Shown here: piece after piece, positions 1-15,400 of the stretch
Layout: each line of letters starts with the position of its first letter
Numbering within the stretch: position 1 is the stretch's first letter
DNA from: the human T2T-CHM13v2.0 reference genome, Homo sapiens
Reading direction: 5' to 3' (one strand)
Assembly (NCBI RefSeq): GCF_009914755.1
Contig: NC_060946.1
Length of the DNA: 64,000 nucleotides
Notes under the pieces: model-generated
What the model saw: only the letters and a program-made list of their open reading frames with translations
Databases searched by the model: none
Told to the model about the DNA's origin: nothing
Position numbers and translations under genes: made by a program

Positions 1-466
1 TCCATTCCATACCATTCCATTCCATTAAATTCCATTCCATTCCATTCCACTCGGGTAGATTCCATTCCATTCCATTCCATTGCATTCCATTCCATTCCAA
101 TGCTTTCCATTAGTTTCTAATCGGGTTGATTCCAATCCATTCCATTATATTCAAGTCCTTTCCATTCCATGCCATTCCACTCGGGTTGTTTCCATTATGT
201 TGTATTCCATTCCATTCCATTCCATTCCATTGCATTCCCTTCCATTCCATTCCATTCCATTCCATTCCATTGCATTCCATTCCACTCAGGTTGTTTCCTT
301 TCAGTTGCATTAGTTTCCATTCCATTCCATTCCTTTCCATTCCATTCCACTCAGGGTGATTCCATTCCTTTCCATTCAAATTCTTTCCATTCCTGTTGAT
401 ACCATTGCATTGCATTGTTTCCATTCCATTCCATTCCATTCCATTCCATTCCACTCGGTTTTATTC
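1..466 (+). repeat. Tail of an upstream, internally deleted HOR copy
   Basis: Matches ~10350-10818 (ORF 80..313 is identical to 10427..10660, 25942..26175 and 41356..41589), then jumps directly to the sequence found at 15877. Confidence 0.88.
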
Positions 467-3400
467 CTTTCCATTCCATTCCATCCCATTCCATTCCGCT
501 CCATTCCATTCCATTCAATTCAATTCCATTCCATTCCACTCCATTCCATTCCACTCTTGTTCATTCCATTCCATTCCATTCCATTCTATCCCGTTCCTTT
601 CCATTCTATTCCGTTCCTTTCCATTCCCTCACACTCGTGTTCATTCCATTCCGTTCCTTTGCATTCCATTCCATTCATTTCCATTCCTTTCCATTGAACT
701 CCACTTGGTTGATTCCATTCCATTCCATTCTATTCCATTCCGTTCAATTAAATTCCATTCCATTCCATTCCCTTGCATTCCAGTTCATTCCATTCGTTTC
801 CATTCCATTCCATTCCCTTCCATTCCATTCCATTCCCTTCCATTCCATTCCGTTCAATTCTATTCCGTTGCATTGGAATCGGGTTGATTCCAATCAATTC
901 CATTACATTCCAGTCTATTCCATTCCATTCCATTCCACTCGGTTTGTTTCCATTACGTTGAATTGCATTCCATTCCATTCCATTCCATTCCATTCCATTC
1001 CATTCCATTCCATTGAAATTCATTGCATTTCATTCCACTCGGTTTGTTTCCTTTCCATTCCATTAGTTTCCAATAAATTCCATTCCATTCATTCCATTCC
1101 ATTCCATTCCACTCAGGTTGATTCCATTCCATTCCATTCCATTCGATTCCATTCTAGTTGATTCCATTGCATTCCGTGCTGTTCCATTCCATTCCACTCC
1201 ATTCGAATCCATTCCACTTGGGTTGATTCCATTCAATTCCATTCCATTCAATTACCTTCCATTGCATTCCACTCGGGTTGATTCCATTCCATTCCATTCC
1301 ATTGCATTTCCTTCCATTCCATTCCATTCCACTCCATTCCATTCCATTCAATTCAATTCCACTCCATTCCAATCCACTCGTGTTCATTCCATTCCATTCC
1401 ATTCTTTCCCGTTCCTTTCCATTCTATTCCGTTTCATTCCACTCCCTTACACTCGTGTTCATTCCATTCCGTTCCGTTCCATTCCATTCCATTCATTTCC
1501 GTTCCTTTCCATTTCACTCCACTCGGGTTGATTCCATTCCATTCCATTCCATTCCATTCCTTTCCATTAGTTTCTAATCGGGTTGATTCCAATCCATTAC
1601 ATTATATTCAAGTCCTTTCCATTCCATGCCATTCCACTCGTGTTCTTTCCATTTTGTTGTATTCCATTCCATTCCATTCCATTCCATTCCATTCCATTCC
1701 ATTCCATTGCATTCCATTCCATTGCAATCCATTCCACTGGGGTTGCTTCCATTCCGTTCCATTAGTTTCCATTCCATTCCATTCCTTTCCATTCCATTCC
1801 ATTCCATTCCATACCATTCCATCAAAGTTGATTGCATGTTATTCCATTCCATTCAATTCCATTCCATTCCATTCCATTCCTTTCCTTTCCACTCGGGTTG
1901 ATTCCATTCCATTCAATTCCGTTCCGTTCCTTTCCATTCCATTCCATTCCAGTTCATTCCATTGCATTCCACTCGGGTTGATTCCATTCCATTCCGTTCC
2001 ATTCCATTCCATTCCATACCATTCCATTCTATTCCCTTCAGGTTGATTCCTTTCCATTCCATTCCATTGCATACCATTCCACCCCATTCCGTTCCATTCC
2101 ATTCGCGATGATTCCGTTCCATTCCATGCCCTTTTATTCCATTCCATTCCATTCCATTCCCTTCCATACCATTCCACCAAAGTTGATTGCATGTTATTCC
2201 ATTCCATTCCATTCCATTCCATTCCATTCCATTCCATTCCATTCCATTCCTTTCCACTCGTGTTGATTTCATTCCATTCAATTCTGCTCCGTTCCATTCC
2301 GTTGCATTCCATTGTATTTTATTCCATTGCATTCCACTCGTGTTGATTCCATTCCATTCCATTCCATTCCATTGCATTCCATTCCATTCCATTCCGTACC
2401 CTTCGAGTTGATTCCATTCCATTCCATTCCATTCCATACCATTCCACTCCATTCCGTTCCATTCCATTCGGGTTGATTCTGTCCCATTCCATGACCTTTT
2501 ATTCCATTCCATTCCATTCCATTCCATTCCATTCCATTCCATTCCATACCATTCCACCAAAGGTGATTGCATGTTAATCCATTCCATTCCATTCCATTCC
2601 ATTCCATTCCTTTCCACTCAGGTTGATTCCATTCCTTTTGATTCCGTTCCGTTTTGATCCATTCCATTCGATTCCATTCCATTCCGTTTCATTCCATTGC
2701 ATTCCACTCCGGTTGATTCCATTCCATTCCATTCCATTCCACTGCATTCTATTCCATACCCTTGGGGTTGATTCCTTTCCAGTCCATTCAATTCAACACC
2801 ATTCCACTCCATTCCGTTCCATTCCATTCGTGTTGATTCCATTCCATTCCGTTCCATTCCATTCGATTCCATACCATTCCACTAGGGTTGATTCCATACC
2901 ATTCCATTCCATTGCATTCCATTCCATTCCATTCCACTCGGGTTGATTCCATTAAATTCCATTCCATTCCATTCCTTTCCATTCCATTAGTTTCTAATCG
3001 GGTTGATTCCAATCCATTCCATTATATTCAAGTCCTATCCATTCCATGCCATTCCACTCGGGTTGTTTCCATTTTGTTGTATTCCATTCCATTCCATTCC
3101 ATTCCATTCCATTCCATTCCATTCCATTCCATTCCATTCCATTCCTTTCCATTGCATTCCATTCCACTCGGGTTGTTTCCATTCCGTTCCATTAGTTTCC
3201 ATTGCATTCCATTCCTTTCCATTCCATTCTATTCCATTCCATTCCATTCCATTCCATTCCATTCCTTTCCACTCAGGGTGATTCCATTCCATTCCATTCC
3301 AATGCATTCCATTCCCGTTGATACCATTGCATTGCATTGTTTCCAGTCCATTCCATTCCATTACACTACATTCCATTCCAGTCGGTTTGATTCATTTCCA

Positions 3401-6400
3401 TTCCATTCCATTGCATTCCTCTCGGGTTGATTCCATTCCATTCCATTCCATTGCATTCCATTCCATTCCATTGCATTCATTTCCATTCCATTCCACTCGT
3501 GTTTATTCCCTTCCATTCAATTCCATTCCATTCCATTCCATTCCATTTCATGCCATTCCATTCCATTGCATTCCATTCCATTCCATTCCACTCGTGTTGA
3601 TTCCCTTCCATTCCATTCCATTCCATTCCACTTGAGTTGATTCTATTCCATTCCTTTACATTTCATTCCATACCATTCCATTCCATTCCATACCATTCCA
3701 TTCCATTCCATTCCGTTCCATTCCATTCGTGTTGATTCCATTCCATTCCATTCCACTCCATTCCAATCCATTACATTCCACTCGGGTTGAATACATTCCT
3801 TTCCATTCTATTCCATTCCATTCCTCTCCAATCCATTCCATTCCATTCAATTCCACTTGGATTCAATCTATTTTTTCCATTCCATTCCGTTCTGTTCCAT
3901 TCCATTCCATTGCATTAGATACCATTCCATTCCACTCGGGTTGATTCCATTCCGTTACTTTCCATTTTATTCCATTCCATTCCATTCCATTCCATTCCAT
4001 TCCATTCCACTCCATTCCATTCCACTGCAATCCATTCCACTCCACTCCGGTTGATGCCATACAATTCCATTCCATTTCATTCCATTCCATTTCACTCAGG
4101 TTGATTCCATTCCATTCCATTCATTTTTATTCCATTCCTTTCCGTTCCATTCCATTCCGTTCCATACCATTCCACTCTGGTTGATTCCATACCATTCTAT
4201 TCCATCCCATTCCATGAAATTCTACTCCATTCCATTCCACTCGTGTTGATTCCTTTCCATTCCATTCCATTCGGTTTTTTTCCATTCCATTCCATTCCAT
4301 TCCACTCCATTCCATTCCATTCAATTTCACTCGGATGGATTCCATTCCATTCCATTCCAATCCATTCCATTCCATTCCATTCCTTTCCATTCGGGTTCAT
4401 TCCATTCCATTCCATTCCATTTCATTCCTTTCCATTCGGGTTCATTCCATTCCATTCCATTCCATTCCATTGCATTCCGTTCCATTCCATTCCAATCCAT
4501 TCCATTCCATTCCACTCGGGTTGATTCCATTTCGTTCCTTTCCATTCCATTCCATTCCATTCCATTCCATTCCATTCCATTCCATTCCGTTCCATTCAAT
4601 TCGTGTTGATTCCATTCCATTCCACTCCAATACATTCCATTCCATTCCTTTCCACTCGAGTTGATTCCATTTCTTTCCTTTCCATTCCATTCCATTCCGT
4701 TCCATTCAATTCGTGTTGATTCCATTCCATTCCGCTAAAATCCATTCCATTCCATTCCAATCCATTGCATTCCATTCAATTCCACTCGCATTCAATCTAT
4801 TCCATTGAATTTCATTCCGTTTTGTTCCATTCCATTCCACTGCATTCCATACCTGTCCATTCCACTCAGGATGATTCCGTTCCATTCCATTATATTCGGT
4901 TCCATTCCATTCCATTCCATTCCATTCAATTCCACTCTGGTTGATTCCATTCCATTCCATTGCGTTCCATTCCATTCCACTCGGGTTGTTTCCATTTCAT
5001 TCCTTTCCATTTCATTCTATTCCATTCCATTCCATTCCATTCTATTCCATTCCATTCCACTCCTTTCCATTCCATTCCTCTCCGGTTATTCCATTCCATT
5101 CCATTCCATTCCATTCCATTCCATTCCATTCCATTCCATTCGGTTTGTTTCCATTCCATTCCATTCCATTTTATTCCATTCCATTCCATTCCATTCCATT
5201 CCATTACATACCATTCCACTCGGGTTGATTCCATACCATTCTATTCCATTCCATTTCATTAAATTCCATTCCATTCTATTCCACTCGGTTAGATTCCATT
5301 CCATTCCATTCCATTCCATTCCATTAGTTTTTAATTGGGTTGATTTCAATCCATTCCATTATATTCCAGTCCTTTCCATTCCATGCCATTCCACTCGAGT
5401 TCTTTCCATTTTGTTGTATTCCATTCCATTCCATTCCATTCCATTCCATTCCATTCCATTCCATTCCATTGCATTCCTTTGCATTCCATTCCACATGGGT
5501 TTTTTCCATTCCGTTCCATTAGTTTCCATTCCATTCCATTCCTTTCCATTCGATTCCATTCCATTCCATTCCATTCCATTCCATTTCTTTCCACTCAGGG
5601 AGATTCCATTCCATTCCATTCCAATGCATTCCATTCCAGTTGATGCCATTGCATTGCATTGTTTCCTTTTGATTCCATTCCATTCCATTCCATTCCATTC
5701 CATACCATTCCATTCCATTCCATACCATTCCATCAAAGTTGAGTGCATGCTATTCCATTCCATTCCATTCCTTTCAATTCAATTCCATTCCTTTCCACTT
5801 GGGTTGATACCATTCCATTCAATTCCGTTCCGTCCCGTCCCGTTTCGTTCCATTCCATTCCATTCCATTTCATTCCATTGCATTCCACTCAGGTTGATTC
5901 CATTCCATTCCATTCCATTGCATTCCATTCCATACCCTTTGGGTTGATTCCATTCCATTCGATTCCATTCCGTACCATTCCACTGCATTCCATTCCATTC
6001 CATTCGGGTTGATTCCGTTCCATTCCAGGCCCTTTTATTCCATTCCATCCCATTCCATTCCATTCCATACCATTAAACCTAAATTGATTGCATGTTATTG
6101 CATTCCATTCAATTCTATTCCATTCCGTTCCATTCCATTCCATTCCGTTCCATTCCTTTCACTTGGTTTTATTCCACTCCATTCCATTCCATTCCATTCC
6201 ATTCCTTTCCACTCCATTCCATTCCACTCCACTCCGGTTGATTCCATTAAATTCCATTCCATTTCATTCCATTCCGTTTCACTCGAGTTGATTCCATTCC
6301 ATTCCATTCCATTTTATTCCATTCCATTCTGTTCCATTCCTTTCCATTCCATACCTTTCCACTCCGGTTGATTCCATGCCATTCCATTCCATGAAATTCC

Positions 6401-9400
6401 ATTCCATTCCACTAAACTCGTGTTGATTCCTTTCCATTCCATTCCACTTCATTCCATTCGTGTTCATTCCATTCCGTTCCGTTCCATTCCATTCCATTCA
6501 TTTCCATTCCTTTCCATTGCACTCCACTGGGGTTGATTCCATTCCATTCCATTCTATTTCATTCCGTTCAAATAAATTCCATTCCATTCTATTCCATTGC
6601 ATTCCAGTTCATTCCATTCCTTTCCATTCTATTCCATTCCCTTCCATTCCATTCCATTCCCTTCCATTCCATTCCATTCAATTCTATTCCGTTGCATTGG
6701 GATCTGGTTGATTCCAATCCATTCCATTACATTCCAGTCTTTTCCATTCCATTCCATTCCACTCGGTTTGTTTCCATTACGTTGAATTGTATTCCATTCC
6801 ATTCCATTCCATTCCATTCCATTGAAATTCATTGCATTTCATTCCACTCGGTTTGTTTCCTTTCCATTCCATTAGTTTCCAATAAATTCCATTCCTTTCA
6901 TTCCATTCCATTCCATTCCACTCAGGTTGATTCCGTTCCATTCCATTCCATTCCATTCCATTCTAGTTGATTCCATTGCATTCCGTGCTGTTCCATTCCA
7001 TTCCACTCCATTCGAATCCATTCCACATGGGTTGATTCCATTCCATTCCATTCCATTCAATTACCTTCCATTGCGTTCCACTCGGGTTGATTCCATTCCA
7101 TTCCATTGCATTCCATTCCATTCCATTGCATTGCATTTCCTTCCATTCCAGTTGATTCCATTCCATTCCATTCCATTCCATTCCATTCCATTCCATTCCA
7201 TTCTATTCCACTAGGGTTAATTTTATTCGATTCCATTCCATTCCTGTTTTCCCTTCCATTCCATTCCATTCCATTCCACTCGGGTTGACTACATTCCATG
7301 CCATTGCATTCCATTGCATTCCATTCGTTTCTATTACATTCCATTATTTTCTATTCCATTCCTTTCCACTCGAGTTGATTCCATTCCATTCTATTCCATT
7401 CCATTCTATTCCATTCCGTACCGATCCATTCCATTCCATTCCATTCCATTTCAATCGGGTTGATTCCATTCCATTCAATTCTATTCCATTCCATTCCATT
7501 CCATTCCACTCGGATGATTCCATTCCTTTCCATTCCATTCCATTTAAATTCATTGCATTGCTTTCCAGTTGAATCCATTGGATTCAATTCCGTTCCATTC
7601 CATTCCATTCCACTCGAGTTGATTCCACTCCGTTACATTGGATTACATTCCACTTCATTCCTATCAGGTGGATTCCATTCCATTCCATTCCATTCCATTC
7701 CTCTCCGGTTGATTCCATTCCGTTCCTTGCCATTCCATTCCATTCCATTCCATTCCGTTCCATTCCATTCGTGTTGATTCTATTCCATTCCACTGCAATC
7801 CATTCCATTCCATTCCAATCCATTCCATTCCATTCAAATCCACTCGCATTCAATCTATTCCATTGCATTTCATTCCGTTCTGTTCCATTCCATTCCATTG
7901 CATTCCATACCATTCCATTCCACTCGGGATGATTCCATTGCATTCCATTATATTCCATTCCATTCCATTCCATTCCAATCCATTCCATTCCACTCGGGTT
8001 GATTCCATTCCATTCCATTCCATTCCATTCCATTCCATTCCATTCCATTCCTTTCCATTCCATTCCATTCCATTCCACTCGTGTTGTTTCCATTCCATTC
8101 CTTTCCATTTCATTCTATTCCATTCCATTCCATTCCATTCCATTCCATTCTATTCCATTCCATTCCACTCCATTCCATTCCATTCCTCTCCGGTTATTCC
8201 ATTCAATTCCGTTCCATTCCACTCGGTTTTTTTTCCATTCCATTGCATTCCATTTTATTCCATTCCATTCCATTCCATTCCATTCCATTAAATTCCATTC
8301 TATTCCGTTCCACTCGGGTAGATTCCATTCCATTCCATTCCATTCCATTCCATTCCATTCCATTCCATTCCATTAGTTTCTAATGTGGTTGATTCCAATC
8401 CATTCCATTATATTTAAGTCCTTTCCATTCCATGCCATTCCACTCGAGTTCTTTCCATTTTGTTGGATTCCATTCCATTCCATTCCATTCCATTCCATTC
8501 CATTCCTTTCCATTCCATTCCATCCCATTGCATACCATTCCATCAAATTTCATTGCATGTTATTCCATTCCATTCCATTCCATTCCATTCCATTCCATTC
8601 CACTCCATTCCTTTCCACTCGGGTTGATTCTATTCCATTCAATTCCGTTCCTTTCCGTTCCATTCCATTCAATTCCATTTCATTCCATTGCATTCCACTC
8701 GGGTTTATTCCATTCCATTCCATTCCATTCCATTCCATTCCATTCCATTCCATTCCTTTCGGGTTGATTCCTTTCCATTCCATTCCATTCCATACCATTT
8801 CACTCCATTCCGTTCCATTCCATTCGGGTTGATTCCGTTCCATTCCATGCCCTTTTATTCCTTTCCATTCCATTCCATTCCCTTCCATACCATTCCACCA
8901 ATGTTGATTGCATGTTATTCCATTCCATTCCATTCCATTCCATTCCATTCCATTCCATTGCATTCCGTTCCATTCTACTCGGGTTGATTTCATTCCACTC
9001 ATTTCCATTCCGTGCCATTCCGATCCATTCCATTCCATTTCATTCCTGTGCTTTCCACTCGTGTTGATTCCATTCCATTCCATTCCATTCCATACCCTTC
9101 GAGTTGATTCCTTTCCATTCCATTCCATTCCATACCATTCCACTCCATTCCGTTCCATTCCATGACCTTTTATTCCATTTCATTCCGTTCCATTCCATTC
9201 CATTCCTTTCCATTCCATACCATTCCACCAAAGTTGATTGCATGTTATTCTATTTCATTCCCTTCCATTCCATTCCATTACATTCCTTTCCACTCGGGTT
9301 GATTCCATTCCTTTCAATTCCGTTCCATTCCGCTCCGTTCCGTTCCATTCCATTCCATTACATTCCATGGCATTCCACTCGGGTTGATTCCATTCCATTC

Positions 9401-12400
9401 CATTCCATTCTATTCCATACACTTCGGGTTGATTCCTTTCCATTCCATTCCATTCCATACCATTCCACTCCATTCCGTTCCATTCCATTCGTGTTGATTC
9501 CATTCCGTTCCATTCCATTCCATTCCATTCCATTCCATACCATTCCACTATGGTTTATTCCATACCATTCCATTCCATTGCATTCCATTCCATTCCATTC
9601 CACTCGGGTTGATTCCATTCCATTCCATTCCATTCCATTCCATTCCTTTCCTTTCCACTCGGGTTGATTTTATTCCATTCAATTCCGTTCCGTTCCATTC
9701 CATTCCATTCCATTCCATTTCATTCCATTGCATTCCACTCGTGTTGACTCCATTCCATTCCATTCCATTGCATTCCATTCCATTCCATTCCATACCCTTC
9801 GAGTTGATTCCTTTCCATTCCATTCCATTCCACACCATTCCAATCCATTCCGTTCCATTCCATTCGGGTTGATTCCGTTCCATTCCATGACCTTTTATTC
9901 CATTCCATTCCATTCTATTCCATACCATTCGGGGTGATTCCTTTCCATTCCATTCCATTCCATTCCATACCATTCCACTCCATTCCGTTCCATTCCATTC
10001 GGGTTAAGTCCATTCCGTTCCATTCCGTTCCATTCCATTCCATACCATTCCACTAGGGTTGATTCCATACCATTCCATTCCATTGCATTCCATTCCATTC
10101 CATTCCACTCGGGTTGATTCCATTCCGTTCCATTCCATTCCACTGCATTCCATTACATTCCATTCCACTCCAGTTAATTCCGTTCCATTCCATTCCAATC
10201 CATTCCATTCCATTGGGGTCCGTTCCATTCCATTCCTTTCCATTCTGTTCCGTTCCGATCCATTCCATTCAATTCCATTCCATTCCATTCCATTCCATTC
10301 ATTCCTTTCCATTCCATTCCATTCCACTCGGGTTGATTCCATTCCATTCCATTCCATACCATTCCATTCCATTAAATTCCATTCCATTCCATTCCACTCG
10401 GGTAGATTCCATTCCATTCCATTCCATTGCATTCCATTCCATTCCAATGCTTTCCATTAGTTTCTAATCGGGTTGATTCCAATCCATTCCATTATATTCA
10501 AGTCCTTTCCATTCCATGCCATTCCACTCGGGTTGTTTCCATTATGTTGTATTCCATTCCATTCCATTCCATTCCATTGCATTCCCTTCCATTCCATTCC
10601 ATTCCATTCCATTCCATTGCATTCCATTCCACTCAGGTTGTTTCCTTTCAGTTGCATTAGTTTCCATTCCATTCCATTCCTTTCCATTCCATTCCACTCA
10701 GGGTGATTCCATTCCTTTCCATTCAAATTCTTTGCATTCCTGTTGATACCATTGCATTGCATTGTTTCCATTCCATTCCATTCCATTCCATTCCATTCCA
10801 TTCCACTCGGTTTTATTCATTTCCATTCCATTCCATTCCATTGCATTCCATTGCATTCCATTCCACTCGGGTTGTTTCCTTTCCGTTCCATTAGTTTCCA
10901 TTCCATTCCATTCCTTTCCATTCCATTCCATTCAGGGTGATTCCATTCCTTTCCATTCCAATTCATTCCATTCCAGTTGATACCATTGCATTGCATTGTT
11001 TCCATTCCATTCCATTCCATTCCATTCCACTCGGTTTTATTCATTTCCATTCCATTCCATTCCATTCCATTCCATGCCATTCATCTCGGGTTGATTCCAT
11101 TCCATTTCATTGCCTTTTATTCCGTTCCATTCCATTCCATTCCATTCCATACCATTCCACCAAAGTTGATTGCATGCTATTCCATTCCATTCCATTCCAT
11201 TCCATTCCATTCCATTCCATTCCATTCCATTCCATTCCTTTCCACTTGGGTTGATTCCATTCCATTCAGTTCTGTTCTGTTCCGTTCCGTTCCGTTCCAT
11301 TCCATTCATTCCATTCCATTCCATTTCATTCCATTGCATTCCACTCGGGTTGATTCCATTCCATTCCATTCCATTCCATTCCATTCCATTCCATTCCATA
11401 CCCTTCTGGTTGATTCCTTTCCATTCCATTCCATTCCATACCATTCCACTCCATTCCATTCCATTCCATTCCGTTCTGGTTGATTCCATTCTGTTGAATT
11501 TCTTTCCATTCCAATCCATTGCATTCCATTCCATTCCATTCCATTCCATTCCATTCCATTCCATTCCACTCGAGTTAATTCCATTCCTTTGAATTCCATT
11601 GCTTTCCATTCCATTCCATTCCATTCCTTTTCATTCTATTACACTCGGGTTGTTTCCATTCCATTCATTTCTTTTCCATTCCATTCCATTCCATTCTTTT
11701 CCATTCCACTAATGTTGATTCCATTCTTTCCTTTCCATTCCATTCCATTCCATTCCAGTTGATTCCATTGCATTCCATTCCATTCCATTCCGTTCTATTC
11801 CTTTCCGTTCCACTCAGGTTGATTCCATTCCATTCCATTCCATTCCATTCAATTCCATTCCATTCCATTCCATTGCACTCGGGTTGATGCCATTCCATTC
11901 CAATCCATTTTATTCCTTTCCATTCCATTCCATTCCATACCATTCCACTGGAGTGGATTCCATAACATTCCATTCCATTGCATTCCGTTCTTTTCCATTC
12001 CATTCCATTCCACTCGTGTTGTTTCCATTCCATTCCTTTCTATTCCATTCCATTCCATTCCTTTCCATTTGGGTTGATTCCGTTCCATTCCATTCCATTT
12101 CATTCCATTCCATTCCATTCCATTACACTCCATTCCATTCCATTCCACTCCATTCCATTCCATTCCATTCAATTCCACTCCATTCCAATCCACTCGTGTT
12201 CATTGCATTCCATTCCATTCCTTCCTGTTCCTTTCCATTCTACTCCGTTCCATTCCACTGCCTTACACTCGTGTTCATTCCATTCCGTTCCGGTCCATTC
12301 CATTCCATTCATTTCCATTCCTTTCCATTGCACTCCACTCGGGTTGATTCCATTCCATTCTATTCCATTCCATTCAATTAAATTCCATTCCATTCCATTC

Positions 12401-15400
12401 CATTCCATTGCATTCCAGTTCATTCCATTCCTTTCCATTCTATTCCATTCCCTTCGATTCCATTCCATTCCCTTCCATTCCATTCCATTCAATTCTATTC
12501 CGTTGCATTGGAATCGGGTTGATTCCAATCCATTCCATTACATTCCAGTCTTTTCCATTCCATTCCATTCCACTCGGTTTGTTTCCATTACATTGAATTG
12601 TATTCCATTCCAATCCATTCCATTGAAATTCATTGCATTTCATTCCACTCGGTTTGTTTCCTTTCCATTCCATTAGTTTCCAATAAATTCCATTCCTTTC
12701 ATTCCATTCCATTCCATTCCACTCAGGTTGATTCCGTTCCATTCCATTCCATTCCATTCCATTCTATTTGATTCCATTGCATTCCGTGCTGTTCCATTCC
12801 ATTCCACTCCATTCGAATCCATTCCACTTGGGTTGATTCCATTCCATTCCATTCCATTCAATTACCTTCCATTGCGTTCCACTCGGGTTGATTCCATTCC
12901 ATTCCATTGCATTCCATTCCATTCCATTGCATTGCATTTCCTTCCATTCCAGTTGATTCCATTCCATTACATTCCATTCCATTCCATTCTTTTCCACTAG
13001 GGTTAATTTCATTCGATTCCATTCCATTCCTGTTTTACCTTCCATTCCATTCCATTCCATTCCACTCGGGTTTACTACATTCCATGCCATTGCATTCCAT
13101 TGCATTCCATTCGTTTCTATTACATTCCATTCTTTTCTATTCCATTCCTTTCCACTCGGTTGATTCCATTCCATTCTATTCCATTCCATTCTATTCCATT
13201 CCGTACCGATCCATTCCATTCCATTCCATTTCAATCGGGTTGATTCCATTCCATTAAATTCTATTCCATTCCGTACCGATCCATTCCATTCCATTCCATT
13301 TCAATCGGGTTGATTCCATTCCATTCAATTCTATTCCATTCCATTCCATTCCATTCCACTCGGATGATTCCATTCCATTCCATTCCATTCCATTTAAATT
13401 CATTGCATTGCTTTCCAGTTGAATCCATTGGATTCGATTCAGTTCCATTCCACTCCATTCCACTCGAGTTGATTCCACTCCGTTCCATTGGATTACATTC
13501 CACTTCATTCCTATCAGGTGGATTCCATTCCATTCCATTCCATTCCACTCCGGTTGATTCCATTCCGTTCCTTTCCATTCCATTCCATTCCATTCCATTC
13601 CATTCCATTCCATTCCGTTCCATTCCATTCGTGTTGATTCCATTCCATTCCACTCCAATCCATTCCATTCCATTCCATTCCATTCCGTTCCGTTCCAATC
13701 CATTCCATTCCATTCCATTCCATTCCATTCCATTCCATTCCATTCATTCTTTTCCATTCCATTCCATTCCACTCGGGTTGATTCCATTCCATTCCATTCC
13801 ATTCCATTCCATTCCATTCCATTCCATTAAATTCCATTCCATTCCATTCCAGTCGGGTAGATTCCATTCCATTCCATTCCATTCCATTCCATTCCACTCC
13901 TTTCCATTAGTTTCTAATCGGGTTGATTCCAATCCATTCCAATATATACAAGTCCTTTCCATTCCATGCCATTCCACTCGGGTTGTTTCCATTTTGTTGT
14001 ATTCCATTCCATTCCTTTCAATTCCATTTCATTCCATTCCATTCCGTTCCATTCCATTCCATTCCATTCCATTCCATTGCATTCCACTCGGGTTGTTTCC
14101 ATTCCATTCCATTAGTTTCCATTCCCTTCCATTCCTTTCCATTCCATTCCACTCAGGGTGATTCCATTCCTTTCCATTCCAATTCTTTCCATTCCATTTG
14201 ATACCATTGCATTGCATTGTTTCCATTCCATTCCATTCCATTCCATTCCATTCCATTCCACTCGGTTTTATTCATTTCCATTCCATTCCATTCCATTCCA
14301 TCCCATTCATCTCGGGTTGATTCCATTCCATTCCATTCCCTTTTATTCCATTCCATTCCATTCCATAACATTCCACCAAAGTTGATTGCATGCTATTCGA
14401 TTCCATTGCATTGCATTCCATTCCATTCCTTTCCTTTCCTTTCCACTTGGGTTGATTCCATTCCATTCAGTTCCGTTCTGTTCCTTTCCGTTCCTTTCCA
14501 TTCCATTCCATTTCATTCCATTGCATTCCACTCGGGTTGATTCCATTCCATTCCATTCCATTCCATTCCATTCCATTCCGTTCATTTCCACTTGGGTTGA
14601 TTCCATTCCATTCAATTCTGTTCCGTTCCATTCCGTTCTGTTCCATTCCATTCCATTCCATTCCATTTCTTTCCATTGCATTCCACTCGGGTTGATTCCA
14701 TTCCATTCCATTCCATTCCATTCCATTCCATTCCATTCCATTCCATTCCATACCCTTCGGGTTGATTCCTTTCCATTCCATTGCATTCCATACCATTCCA
14801 CTCCATTCCATTCCATTCCATGCTGGTTGATTCCATTCCGTTGAATTTCTTTCTATTCCAATCCATTCCATTCCATTCCATTCCATTGCTTTCCATTCCA
14901 TTCCATTCCATTAATTTTCTTTATATTACACTCGGGTTGTTTCCATTCCATTCATTTCTTTTCCATTCCATTCCATTCCTTTCCATTCCACTCATGTTGA
15001 TTCCATTCTTTCCATTCCATTGCATTCCATTCCATTCCATTCCATTCCAGTTGATTCCATTGCATTGCATTGCATTCCATTCCATTCCATTCTATCCTTT
15101 CCATTCCACTCTGGTTGATTCCATTCAATTCCATTCCGTTCCATTCCATTCCGTTCCACTCGGGTTGATTCCATTCCATTCCATTCCATTCCATTCCATT
15201 CCATTCCATTTCACTCAGGTTGATGCCATTCCATTCTGATCCATTTTATTCCTTTCCATTCCATTCCATTCCACTCGGGTGGATTCCATAACATTCCATT
15301 CCATTCCATTCCTTTCCATTCCATTCCATTCCACTCGTGTTGATTCCATTCCATTCCTTTCCATTCCATTCCATTCCATTCCATTCGGGTTGAGTCCGTT

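Noticed and set aside
1010-1215. GAA/TTC juxtapositions (GAAATTC, ATTCGAAT) as heat-shock elements or hairpins
   Set aside because: The spacing does not fit nGAAnnTTCnnGAAn, and the palindromes are 8 bp or shorter, arising from point variants.
2944-2954. TGATTCCATTA resembling a DUX4-type TGATTnnnTTA site (also ~6239)
   Set aside because: The central bases deviate from the consensus, and the match is one substitution away from background satellite sequence.
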